From contig NC_043008.1 of NCBI RefSeq assembly GCF_006345805.1, positions 38,812,001-38,876,000 of the forward strand: a stretch of DNA of 64,000 bases, read 5' to 3'. Positions within the stretch are counted from its first letter, which is position 1; each line of letters begins with the position of its first letter. Origin of the DNA: Octopus sinensis (taxonomy: Eukaryota). The notes below the pieces were generated by a model. The model ran no database searches. It saw only the letters and a list, made by a program, of their open reading frames with translations, and was not told where the DNA came from. Position numbers and translations under genes: made by a program. This document shows positions 51,266-64,000 of the stretch, piece by piece.

Positions 51266-52101
51266 TACACACACACATACACATACGCACACACTTTCTA
51301 TGTGTGTGAGTGCGTTTGCAAATACATACAAGTACTCAGACTTACGTATACGGAGAGTAAGATTGAGAGAGAGAGAGAGGAAGGAAGGGAGAAAGAGAGA
51401 AAGAGAGAGAGAGAGGGAGAGAAAGGAAGAATGAAAGAAATGTGAAATTGTATTTAACAAAAGAAACCCAACGAAATACTAATATTAAATATCAAAATAA
51501 AATTTTTAAAAAACTAATACAAATAAAATGAATAAATAGATGCTGTGTTTAAATTATTCATGGTCAGAGAGGAAAAATTCAAATGTAACTTAATATCAAT
51601 AATTTGATATAAATTTGCTAATTATTGGTAATTTGATACTAATTATCAATAGTTATCGATAATTATTGAAATTTACATCTTGACAAGAAAAAAGTGAATC
51701 AATATAAAATACAACCATACACACACCTCTGTCTGTCTGCGTGTGTATGTGTTGTGTGTGTGGTATGTGTGTGTGTGTGTGCATAAGGCGTAACGTTATA
51801 TCTGGCTACAGAAAATTGTTATATACTTAAAGTATTTTAAGTATCAAAGTACGTTCTTAAAAACAGCTGGTCTTGAACAATTCGATATTATAATTCTATA
51901 ATGCTCTGTCTTCATCGGTGGAGCCGTTTTTATCATCTCAGCCATCTTCCAATGCTTTCTATATTTTCTAGTATTAAAAAAAAAACAGCTGAAATTAAAA
52001 TGGAAAAAAAATAGAAAAAATAGAACAGAATAAAAAAACTCAGACGTCTTCTTAGATGTTCTTAGTTTTTAATCCCACTCTCTCCATGACCGAGTGAACA
52101 G

Positions 52102-52145
52102 GACTAAGATTTTAAATTGCGACCATCACAGCAAAATTTCATTTT
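52102..52145 (+). CDS. Candidate 44-nt exon (-TKILNCDHHSKISF-)
   Basis: gaacag| ... CATTTT|gtaagt; phase 2 to 1; joins in frame to 52292-52340 across a 146-nt GT-AG intron. Confidence 0.35.
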
Positions 52146-52291
52146 GTAAGTAGGCTTATTGCTGGGCTCGGTTGACCCCGGCGTTGATTTTGCTGTTTCG
52201 TAGTTTTGTAAGGATTGCACTATTTTCTTCGTTGTCTATCTATTGACACGTACGTTTCCTTGATAATTTCTATTAATCCTTGGACTGACAG

Positions 52292-52340
52292 TGATACACG
52301 GATGTTTGGAGGATTTTTTGGCTCGTGATAGATTCTACAG
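52292..52340 (+). CDS. Candidate 49-nt exon (-IHGCLEDFLARDRFY-)
   Basis: ctgacag| ... CTACAG|gtatgg; phase 1 to 2. Confidence 0.35.
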
Positions 52341-53187
52341 GTATGGTGATTCGTCTACCAAGCAAGCACAAGAGTGGGCAGAGTGGGCAGAGAGTGAAAT
52401 CGTTCGGCACACGCCCGTACAGTGAGCAAAAGGTTAGTCCCTAAGTTGGCTAGGTTTCACTTAACTGTTATCTGAATGGGATGGAACAAACACACTGCAA
52501 ATCATACAGTTGTTTTGTTCTCTCTTTCTTAATATATGTAAAACAAGCTCTGTTGTAGACTTCCGAGTAACTTTGCCTGGACATTTCTTTGAGATGCAAC
52601 CTGAGCAATATTTCTTGTGGAACTAGTAGTTGGTCAGTAATACCGTTATCTCCTTTCCATGCTACCGATATTACACAATGGGAAACCAAGCCGATACAAC
52701 TTGTTATTAATACTGTCACATGTGTTGCCGTTAAAATGCACAGAGAGGAAGCAGGTACTGCAAAGTCTCTGCGACGATGCCCCAACAGCTTCGTCGATCA
52801 ACAGCCCTGAACTGGTACGTTTATATATCGATCCTAAAAGGAAGAAGTCAGTTGTGTTTGATCTTTTTGCGCAGAAACTCGAAAAAAGTAACTCTTTGTA
52901 CTATAGCCACAAGGCCTGAAAGTTTTTAGAAGAGTTGGCTTAGGGGAGATAACATTGGACCCTATTCTAAATCTGTAATTTCGATATATATGTTAAGACA
53001 CATTTTCTGAAAGCGTATATGAGCATAACAGGCTATAGATGGATGCACATGTCTATCTATCTATCGAAAACCAAACCCCCTTTTTTTTATCCCTAAAAAG
53101 AAAAGCTTTACCTTGAAATTTGTCCCGTTTGTGTGGAGCCCTGTGTGGCTAATAAAGAAACATATCTATCTATCTATCTATCTATCA

Positions 53188-53254
<67 letters not shown>

Positions 53255-53282
53255 CTTCTATATGTGTATGTATGTATGCTTG

Positions 53283-53316
<34 letters not shown>

Positions 53317-53406
53317 CACATCTATTTAGCTGTCTATCTTTTTATCTATATAATAGCTATTTATATACACATCCACACGTAGTCGCATGCATGCACACTC
53401 ACATAC

Positions 53407-53445
<39 letters not shown>

Positions 53446-53802
53446 ACACACATACGCACACACAGACATATAAGGGAGTGGCAAAATGTATTTGTGTATA
53501 TGCAGGTATGGAGTATAAACGTGAGTGTGTACACAAAATAGAAATAAGAAGATTAAAGACCAGAGTGTTTTTAAGTAATAAAAAAAGGGGAAAAACAACG
53601 AAATAACAAAGAAAAAGATATAAACAAATTGTGCCCACATTACACAACATAGATATAAAAATCATCCTCGCTTTGACTAATGGTATTTCAGCTAAATTTA
53701 GCAGTGAATAATAATTTCGCGTTCTCTCTACCAGAAATTCTATACCGACATGTGCGTAATAATAATATAGTATAATACAATGTAATAATAATAATAATAA
53801 TG

Positions 53803-53866
<64 letters not shown>

Positions 53867-54401
53867 GCGTATGTATATATGCAAATATGAATATATAAAT
53901 ACATACATATACAAACATATACTGTATATATATATATATATATATTTACATGTACCATATGCATGTATGTATGTATATATCCACGTATGTATGCAGTTAT
54001 TGTATGTCTTGTATTTATGTATCCTCCTATGAACACAGCATATATACACTGGATATATGAATATAATCGGAGCTAAAAGCACTTCACTTCACGAATATCT
54101 CGATTGAAAGTAGTTTCGTATATTGATATAAATAGTTTACTGGGTTTTTTTTTTTTTTTCTGTTTTTTTTTTTAATGTGTGCTGGTATTTATGTCGTTAT
54201 CTGTATTACGTATTAGGTTCCTCTGCCGAAAGTTTGAAGAAATATTCTATTTTCTTTTCTCTTTCTCTCTCTCTTTTTGTATCTATCAATTTATCTATCT
54301 CTCGCCTTTACTATACACACACAAACATATATGTATATATATACATATATGCATCTATAAATACATACATATACACATATATACACATCCATCCAGCTAT
54401 A

Positions 54402-54467
<66 letters not shown>

Positions 54468-54690
54468 GGTGTGTGTGTGTATATATATGTAGTGTATATA
54501 TCACTTTGGTGATATATAACTAATAATCCTATAATACTATTTCCAAATTTGCATTTCATATTCGACGCTCCGATGAAGCTATACGATGTTATTTAGGAAC
54601 CGCCGCATCTTCTCACAGAAACAGCTGTAAGCTAATGAAGTTCATAACATAATCATCGTTCAGTTCTACATTTAAAAGCTGAGGAATTAC

Positions 54691-54865
54691 GTACATTATT
54701 TATATTCAACGGATATTTGTCCTCATCTTGTTTGTTGTCAACACAACGTTTTGGCTGAAATACCCTCCAGTCTTCTTCAGATGTCTCGGAGAACCTGGAT
54801 TCTCATTCCTAAGGTATTTTTTCGATGTTATATTATTATTATTTCTCTTATTATTATTATTATTA

Positions 54866-54902
<37 letters not shown>

Positions 54903-54979
54903 GTTAGGTCACTGCTTGGAATCGAACTCGGAATCTTGGGGTTAGTAGCCCGCGCTCTCAACTACTACGCTATATGCCC
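54691..54979 (-). mobile_element. SINE family D, second copy
   Basis: Same tRNA head, (AAT)n linker and gaaaaaataccttaggaatgagaa tail as 43551-43779, with a longer 3' end. Confidence 0.8.
54740..54786 (-). ncRNA. Minimal type-I hammerhead ribozyme motif (degenerate copy)
   Basis: AGACAU-CUGAAGA-A-GACUG-gaggguauuu-CAGCC-AAAA-CG-UU-GUGUU (G12 mutated, palindromic ACGU kept). Confidence 0.55.
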
Positions 54980-55371
54980 ACGGTACTATTAGAACGCTAA
55001 TGCAGAAGGAAATTCGTATGTACTGAGGAGTGGCCAATTTATGTTTTCAATGACACAGGAATACTGTTTGATCGGTGCTGTGCGAGTACTTAAAATCTTT
55101 TTAAACCCTCACGAACACGACTTCCTTTTTCTCCGATGAGAAATCCTGCAGTTGGCCAGGGGATGGAGATCATATATACCATAAAATCTTGGAAACCCGC
55201 CTCATGGCCTCTGGCACAGGAATGACCAGTGAACCATTCTTATGTATGCATTCTACAGTGGGACCACTAACTGGAAATGACCCCAGCCCAATTAAGTAAG
55301 AGCATGAAACCAAGCTGTATATATATATATATATATATATACGTACATATATGTATGTTATATATATATAT

Positions 55372-55790
55372 AGGCGCAGGAGTGGCTGTGTGGTAAGTAG
55401 CTTGCTAACCAACCACATGGTTCCGGGTTCAGTCCCACTGCGTGACATCTTGGGCAAGTGTCTTCTGCTATAGCCCCGGGCCGACCAATGTCTTGTGAGT
55501 GGATTTGGTAGACGGAAACTGAAAGAAGCCTGTCGTATATATGTATATATATATATGTATGTGTGTGTGTGTTTGTGTGTCTATGTTTGTCCCCCTAGCA
55601 TTGCTTGACAACCGATGCTGGTGTGTTTACGTCCCCGTCACTTAGCGGTTCGGCAAAAGAGACCGATAGAATAAGTACTGGGTTTACAAAGAATAAGTCC
55701 CGGGGTCGATTTGCTCGACTAAAGGCGGTGCTCCAGCATGGCCGCAGTCGAATGACTGAAACAAGTAAAAGAGTAAAAGAGAGTAAAGAG
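55372..55790 (+). mobile_element. SINE B, young-looking copy
   Basis: Complete, and very similar to the 6215 and 22856 copies. Confidence 0.92.
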
Positions 55791-57475
55791 TATATGTGTA
55801 TGTATACGAACATACACATATATATTATGTAAAATTAAGTATAAAACCACTTTAATGAGTTTATCAAGTGGCCAAAGTGAAATAAAAAGAAACATGCAGG
55901 TTACAATTTATATCAATTTATGATTATACAATATAATTATATTGAAGGGTGTGGATAAACCCCACCAACACGCTAGAAGTAGAGGCCAAATGGTTCTAAA
56001 AATCATATTTACACTCTTAAAGCACAGGTTATAACCGAGCAGATGAAAATGAATAAGATTATTTTTAAAAAGTGTTTTATTGTTCATTTAGCTGGCATCT
56101 GGTAATTCTAAGAAACATTTTGGCAGTATACGTTTTCGGTTAGTTTAGGTGTTTAACTTTAAACTGCTTCGACAGGAAATTTGACTAGTTACATTCTACT
56201 CTCACGTCAGCGATTACAAATCAATTTTGTTAATTTGTTAAAGTTCTCTGTTGTTCCTCTTTGTATGTAGTACTTTTCAGCAGAGCACAGCGTGCAGTGA
56301 CTTGAAAGTATGCTTGTAGTGCATTGCAGACAAGGTGACGTTAAACCTGACAATATTGTAATCCTCCAGCTTCCATGTATTACCTGATAATGCAGTACTG
56401 TTCCTTTTTTCTTACAGCGCTTAAAAGCGGATTTACAGCTCACGCATTAATGATTCCTAGCATAGTCTAATAGAACGGATTGTAAGTCAATGAATTTTCG
56501 AGGGCATCATATGCTGATATTTTGACCATGGAAATTATATTCCTAGGGTGCCTGGGTTAACGATATCAATCGGATAAATGTTCATCATAATTGTTTACTG
56601 TTTTCTGGCAGTATTAAGCGGTTCGGAATATCTGCACTTTGGGATATATTTCCCCGTGTGTGATATGAAAATGCAAATTTATATCGATTTATCTCTCTAT
56701 ATATATGTACACACACACACACATATCTATCTATCTATATATATGTATATATAAGTTATAATATCTATATCTATATCACATATATATATATTATCTATAT
56801 ATATATATATACATATATATATTATATATAATGCATGCATTGCTATCATCCAATAGATTATGGCCATGCTGACTAAATCGACCACCGTTCATATTTTTAA
56901 ATCTGACACTTATTTTATCAACCTGATTATAACAAACCGCGAAGTGACAGTAATATAGCGAAAGCAATTCCAGTAGCCAGGTAATAAGAGGAACACACAA
57001 AGGTACACAAACACACTTACTATTATACACATATAGTTATATATAATGAAGAAATTTATACAACATATATACATATAGGTGTATCATATGTATATATGAA
57101 TTTATGTGCGCCTTCTCTGTGTATGCGCGTCTGTGTGTGCACGTGTCTATGTATATATGTATGGGTGTGTGTGTGTATGTGTGTGTACATTTAAAGGAAA
57201 ACAGCCGAGATTATAACAATCTAGAAATAGGGGTGTGAAGGTAATATATTTATATATATTTATGTGAATGTGTGTGTGTGTAGACACACAAACGTATTTA
57301 TATTATGTTGTATGTGTGTGTGTGTACATACAGAAACGTACTTATATTCATATATGTATGTGTGTATGATTGGATATACGTATGTATGTATGTGTGTGTG
57401 TGTGTGGATGCGCGTACATGCTTATATATATATATATATATGTCATATGTATGTATATTTGCAGTTATTTATATA

Positions 57476-57523
<48 letters not shown>

Positions 57524-58725
57524 AACATATACCCATATTTGTATGTATATATGTGTGTTCTACGTCTATATATTTATGTGCGGGCGTGGCGGGCGTGTGT
57601 ATCTCTGTGTGTGTGTGCGTGTATGTGTGTGTGTGTATGTGTGTGTGCATATATATAAACATATGTATTTATGCATGTCTCTGGATACAACATCAAGGGT
57701 TATAATAATGTGGAAATAGGGATGAGAATAAAACAAAATTACAAAACATTAAAAAAAATAATAATATAAAAAAAGAAGACCATCAACAAACAAATAAACA
57801 AATAAGGTAGCAAATAAATTATAGTTATTATCATCTAAGCCATTACCGTTCCATCAAAATAGCAACACTGTCAGCATAGTCACCTTGGCAAATATCACCG
57901 TCGTTTTATCAAACGCCGTGGCGTCGACATCTTCCAACACAACAATAAATATCTCCACAACCACTATGCTACTAAAGCCATCGCTTTTACTGCTGTCGCT
58001 TATACCTTTACTATCATCATTATTGTAAACACGAGAAATATTCACTGAAACATCACGAGTTGTTTCAATATCTTCTACTACCACACTCTACTACCTTCGT
58101 CACAAGCATTACCCCCTACGCTATGAACACCGCCACTACCAATACCAACGACAACAATAACACGAACATGATCAGCACACCACCACCACAACTAACAATA
58201 AACAAACAAACAGACAAACAAACCACAAAAGATAGAAACACAACAACATCAATAATAAAGTAATATTATCATGCGAAAATAGAACGACGACATTTACTAT
58301 TCACAAAACATATAATGGCGTCAGTCCAACCAACAATTTCTTTGGCAGCCATTTTTTTTTCCAAATTTTCCATTGCATCGTATTGCATTAAACTTGTTCC
58401 TTTCAAATAATTGGATCGTACATTTTTTTGTTCTCCAAATGGAAGATTTCAAGAAATGGTGAGATAATAATGGTGGTAGTGGTGTTTTCGATTCATTGGG
58501 CGATGCTATCATGACAAATTAAACTATACAAATACACACTTTCTACCTTGATGGATATATTGATAACTTTACAGTAATATATAAACCATATACACACATA
58601 CACACACACATACAGACAGAGACACAAAGACACACATATATATACACACATACATGTATATAATACACTTATATATACATATGCCATATATTAAATATAT
58701 ATTAATAAAACGTACATATAGACAC

Positions 58726-58821
<96 letters not shown>

Positions 58822-59265
58822 GGCTGGATGGATATACATACGTATACATGTACTCATGCTCATACATGGCATATGCTAAAGCAAAAAGTTTGCATGTGTA
58901 TATGTGTACGAATAAATATGTGATACCTAAATATATGTATACTTCTGCATCTCTGTCAGACTTTCTCTTTCTCGCCGTCTCTCTCACTGCCTCGCTTCTT
59001 CTCTCTCTCTCTCAATATATATATATGTAATATTTATATATATTATATATATATATATATATTATATTATATATATATATATCTATGTGTGTGTGTGTGT
59101 GTGTGTGGGTGTGGGTGTTGTGTGTGTGAGTGTGTTGTGTGTGTACAAATATATATATATATGTATGAATATATGTATATATGCATATGTATGTGGCCTT
59201 TGTATAACATACAAAAGAAAAGAATTACATCGACTGTATATATATTTTATTTATCATCTGGCGAT

Positions 59266-59306
<41 letters not shown>

Positions 59307-59844
59307 GAATGTATATATATGTATTGTATACGTATGTGTGTATGCATATATAAACATGTTATATCCCATATGCAGACTTATATAGATTTATATATACTTA
59401 TATGTATACCGGTATGTATCAGATATTGCGATTGTGTATATGTGTGTATATGTCTCACACCATTTCAAGGTGACATCGATTCATGTTGTTGGCAAATTTG
59501 TTAGTTTTCATACTTTAACGAGACATAAGCGAGCATGTGTGCTTGTATGATTGTGCGTATGTCAGTGTGCTTATCTATGAGTACTTGTGCGTGCGTGTGT
59601 ATTTGTGTAAATGTATATACATACACAGATAGTGTATGAGATATATATATATATATATATATATCAATTACGGCTTTATATATCATATATTCTTCCATTA
59701 TTTGTCCCCATTATTTTCATATTATTTCGCTGCCTTGCTCTGCGCATGTATAAAAGAATAAAAAGAGACATATTTCAAAAACTTATACGGAATATTTGGG
59801 AAATACGCTAAAAATTCTACAGATGTGTACACACACACATAACA

Positions 59845-60126
59845 CACAAGAACCACTCTCAAAATCCACGCTGTACCTCACAAAAGCAGTTTTCTGGGCA
59901 TGTTCTAACCTCATATCAATTCCTTCCAATTTATTCAACACATCAATATTTCTCAAAGCTACTTTTTTTAGTACTCTCGGTGCCCCTAGAACTACTTGGA
60001 TGATAGCTACTCTCTTCGTTACCCACCTTTGTGCAATTTCATATTTTGTTAGTTGGTAATTTTCCGTCTTTTCCAGCTCTTTGTCAGCCACACGTGCTTC
60101 TCCACGTATGGAAATAATAATAATAA

Positions 60127-60163
<37 letters not shown>

Positions 60164-60206
60164 TAGTATTAATAATGGTAATAATAATAATAATAATAAA
60201 ATAATA

Positions 60207-60242
<36 letters not shown>

Positions 60243-60315
60243 GAAGAGAAGAAGAAAGAGAAAAGAAGAAGAAGAAGAAGAAAGAGAAGAAGAAGAAGAA
60301 GAATGATGATGATGA

Positions 60316-60346
<31 letters not shown>

Positions 60347-60940
60347 GCTTCTTGTACGATCTTGCTTTCCTTCCTCTGATTCACAAAAATTTCTGGACTC
60401 CGGGAACCAATCACTGGGTCACACTGAATTGTAAAATCCCATAAGATCTTATACTCATTATTCACAGTAATACCTTTTTGTTTATGTTTGTACCCTTTCT
60501 GTGCTCTTTCAAGAACATACTTCTCAGAATCTAAAGTTATCAAACTTAGTCTCGTTATCAAGCTCTTTTTGTATTCCTTTTGGGCCAGCTTGCTAACTCA
60601 CAACATGTGATGTTGTTTTCTTTTTTAATGACACACATCCTACAATGGGGTTGATTCATGGTTCTTATCCATTTGGAAATTTGTGTAATTAATTTTCAGC
60701 ACTTGTTCGTGGGCTTTGCATTTCAATGCCCCAGTGCATCGTTTCAGATCACTTTTCCTTAACCACTTTTAGGTGTTGCTCTTATATTTCTCTTTGATTT
60801 CTCTAAAGTATTGCCCATTCATTGTTTTCATTTTCCATTTTTGTTTAATCTTTATTCTCGAAGAACGCAGCTCTTTACATCCGTGTTCAAATCCCTCTTA
60901 AGTCAGCGTTGACTCTCGTGCTTCTGGAGATCTATAAAAT
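59845..60940 (-). mobile_element. R4/Dong-type LINE 3' fragment (Zn knuckle plus RLE), split by a compound microsatellite
   Basis: Minus strand KWKMKTMNGQYFRE..KWLRKSDLK, CRMC..SHVV..KLAQKEYKR, KILWDFTIQCD..RSPEI, ISIRGEARVADKELEK..YQ, VVLGA, AQKTA. Confidence 0.85.
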
Positions 60941-61429
60941 AATATGCCAGCAAAGTTTTTTAATTTGGTTAGCAAGATTCTTTATAGGAATTCGTATATT
61001 GCAACGTATTTTCTTTATCTCAGGAGGAACATTATGCCAACAATAAACATACGCACTGGTTCTGTTTCCCTCAGTATTATTAGTCAATTAGTTAACATTT
61101 AAACGGTTAATTAATGGATTATTTTACTAATCAACCCATCAGTTAGATTTATCAAAACCTTTCCGTTGATATTCGCAACCAATTCAATGGCATATCCCCT
61201 TTATTCTATATTGAATGGATCGAACAATTAATGACACAAACGTTTAGTTAAATGGTGAAATGTTTAACAAATTGAGTACTACTAATAAAGTAAACATAAC
61301 CAGTGTGCGTGCACACTACAATATTTTGCATGCAAAATACCACAAAACATTAGTAAATTATTGATGTCGATGTAATCGAATATACGCCACCCTCTTCCGA
61401 ATTTAATAGCTTGTGCCTACGACACAAGC

Positions 61430-61460
<31 letters not shown>

Positions 61461-61461
61461 G

Positions 61462-61498
<37 letters not shown>

Positions 61499-61515
61499 CA
61501 TTATCATCATCATCA

Positions 61516-61551
<36 letters not shown>

Positions 61552-61594
61552 TATTATATTATTATTATTATTATCATTATTAATACTATTACTA

Positions 61595-61627
<33 letters not shown>

Positions 61628-61764
61628 GTATGATCATTATTATCATTATCATTATTTTATTATTATCATCATTATTATTATATTCATTATTATTATTATC
61701 ATCATTATCATTATTATTAATTATTATTATTATTATTATTATCAGTATTATCATTAATATATCA

Positions 61765-61807
<43 letters not shown>

Positions 61808-61842
61808 TTATCATTATCATTATCATTATTATTATCATTATC

Positions 61843-61914
<72 letters not shown>

Positions 61915-61945
61915 GTTATTATTATTATTATTATCATTATCATTG
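61430..61945. repeat. ~515-bp compound (ATC)n/(ATT)n microsatellite
   Basis: Direct reading; source of the 223-aa poly-I/L ORF. Confidence 0.95.
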
Positions 61946-62272
61946 CTGTTCTTACCATTGCCGGTGTTTGTGCCCTTGACGTTTGTGATTATTGTTTTCT
62001 TGTTTTTGTTGTGGCTGCATTTTCAGTGGAGATATTCGTATGTTGGTTATTTTTATGGCGTTTTCATGACGCCGCTCTTTAATCTGCCTATGTTGACATG
62101 CTGTTCCTCTTTAAGATAGAGAAGTCCTACAATTCCAGGCATAGTAAGTCAGTATGATAGCGAAATAATCGGGTTATGTTCAGAAACTATTCAGCATCAT
62201 GGTAAAAACACAAAAGGGAATCGGTGTTTTGAATTTGTTTTTCATATTTCCCCCCCCCTTTTATTTATTCAG

Positions 62273-62376
62273 AAGGGAGATCCTTGTCATAAACAGCGGA
62301 CATTAAGTGAAGAGAGCAATATGGCGTCTGTTTGGATATATTTCATGTTATGGGGACTATTAGCTCAAGAACATAT
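62273..62376 (+). CDS. Candidate exon containing an ATG (62321) and a signal-peptide-like start MASVWIYFMLWGLLAQEH-
   Basis: ttttcatatttcccccccccttttatttattcag| ... CATAT|gtaaat; strong pyrimidine tract, A at -3 and G at +4 around the ATG, open in phase 0. Confidence 0.4.
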
Positions 62377-62494
62377 GTAAATAGATACACTTAAGCGGTA
62401 CTGTCCCCGCCAATGGTGATTTCATTGCTTGCGTTAATGTTTGTGCGAGCCATAAAGGAGTGTGTGTGTATGTGTGTGTGTGTTTGTGTGTTTT

Positions 62495-62533
<39 letters not shown>

Positions 62534-62680
62534 TTGTGTGTGTATGTGTGGTGTGTGGTGCATATCTGTGCAGGTGTCCATACGTATTCGCTTGTATTTT
62601 GACCTGCATTTGTTTAGAGCATTATTATTATTTACTAAAAATTGAAAGCATTATTATTATTATTATGATCATTATTATTA

Positions 62681-62750
<70 letters not shown>

Positions 62751-62852
62751 TATCATTATTATTATTATGATTATGGTTATTATCACTATTAATACTTCTA
62801 CTACTACTACTACTAACTACTACTACCGCTACTGCTGTTGCAACAGTTACAT

Positions 62853-62905
<53 letters not shown>

Positions 62906-63061
62906 TTACTACTACTTCTACTACAACTGCTGCTACTTTTCTCTCTCTTTCTCTCTGTGTCTGTACAAAATATATACGTTCGCATGTATTTATGTTTGCC
63001 TCTGTGCGCGTATGTGTATGAGGCGCGTGTGGGTGCGTCTGCGCGCGAGCCTGTGCATGTG

Positions 63062-63101
<40 letters not shown>

Positions 63102-63559
63102 GCGTACAGCTGTTTGTGTGTTTTTGCGTGCGGGCGTATACAATTAAGTTACTAGCATTTCTCATTACCAATAAAGGAAGATGATCTTTCTTCGTTGGTG
63201 GCAAGGGAAAAATATATATTTTGGTTTCTTGGACTTTTTCAGCACCGTACAATCTCAAATGTCGCCAGAAAACCGGTTTCGCCTTTTTTGTTTCGTGTCA
63301 TTAAGTTTTCGTAATTTCTTGAGTCATCTCTTCTTATTTCATATATATATATATATATATTATATTATACACCATATTACACATACATATATAGTTGAGA
63401 TATATTATATAATGTAAATATAATAGTATATATATATCTACATATATACATACATTACATACTATATTATGTACGTAGTATATATATATATATATATCTA
63501 TATATATATATATATATACTATATATATAATATTACATATATAGTTGAAATTTATAGAG

Positions 63560-63710
63560 AACCAAAAGAAACCAAAAGACGAAGATAGGTGTATGAACAA
63601 CGTGCAAGTGTTGACGACGCTCGGGTAGAATGAAAATGCTTTTTATGTTTCGAGCTTACGCTCTTCAACAGAAAGGAATAAGAGAAAATAGAGAGAGAAT
63701 GTAAAAAAAA
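63560..63710 (-). mobile_element. Family E element, second copy
   Basis: Matches 26318-26493; preceded by (TA)n. Confidence 0.6.
63639..63676 (-). ncRNA. Hammerhead-like motif with a variant core (family E)
   Basis: CUUU-CUGUUGA-A-GAGC-GUAA-GCUC-GAAA-CA-UA-AAAAG. Confidence 0.5.
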
Positions 63711-64000
63711 CTTGTGTGTGTGTGGTTTTTTTCATGACACCACTCTTTAATGCGTGTTATTGGAGAATCGGTTTAATTTTCAATTATACTTACCTGAATG
63801 TTTTTTGTTTTTTTTTGGTGAGAAGTTTTGAATATTGATACTTATATAAATATGTTCAAACATGTGAATATGTATCCATATACATACATATGTACGTAAG
63901 AGTTGAATTTCCGTCTGTTTTTCCTTATTTTAGCATATTATTATTTTTATTTCATTATTATTATTATTGTTATTTTACTTTTTATTTTTATTATTTTTAT

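Noticed and set aside
52646-52833. Minus-strand open segment after a strong acceptor (-SIYKRTSSGLLIDEAVG...MERR*)
   Set aside because: No recognisable motif, other frames on both strands are also open, and the strand cannot be decided without expression data.

Overview
AT-rich eukaryotic genomic DNA dominated by microsatellites ((TA)n, (CA)n, (AAT)n, (ATAG)n, (ATC)n) and interspersed repeats. The repeat landscape suggests an octopus/coleoid cephalopod genome; this is an inference from the tRNA-derived SINEs and the extreme microsatellite load. Almost all ORFs in the supplied track are microsatellite artefacts. Supported content: a full-length decayed mariner with TIRs and TA target-site duplication (TSD) at 1361-2590, two more mariner fragments, a near full-length decayed R4/Dong-type LINE (6630-10295) plus a second fragment, a CR1/L2-type LINE 3' end, a hAT transposase remnant, a Helentron-like non-autonomous element and several MITEs. 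There are four tRNA-head SINE families, labelled A-D here (working labels only). Most notable: (1) SINE D joins a Pol III tRNA head to a minimal type-I hammerhead-ribozyme motif; (2) a second short family (E) carries a hammerhead fold with a shared non-canonical core; (3) SINE A occurs as head-to-tail multimers with a recurrent AAATAG|GTATTTCG junction, one trimer inside a single TSD; (4) SINE C shows one head and body with three different 3' tails; (5) SINE B shares its 3' end with the CR1/L2 LINE in this window; (6) a ~250-bp spacer-less palindrome; (7) a perfect 22-bp hairpin. A chain of small splice-bounded, partly phase-compatible + strand exon candidates suggests the window is mostly intron of an unidentified gene, at low to moderate confidence. 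All coordinates, alignments and folds were read by eye.
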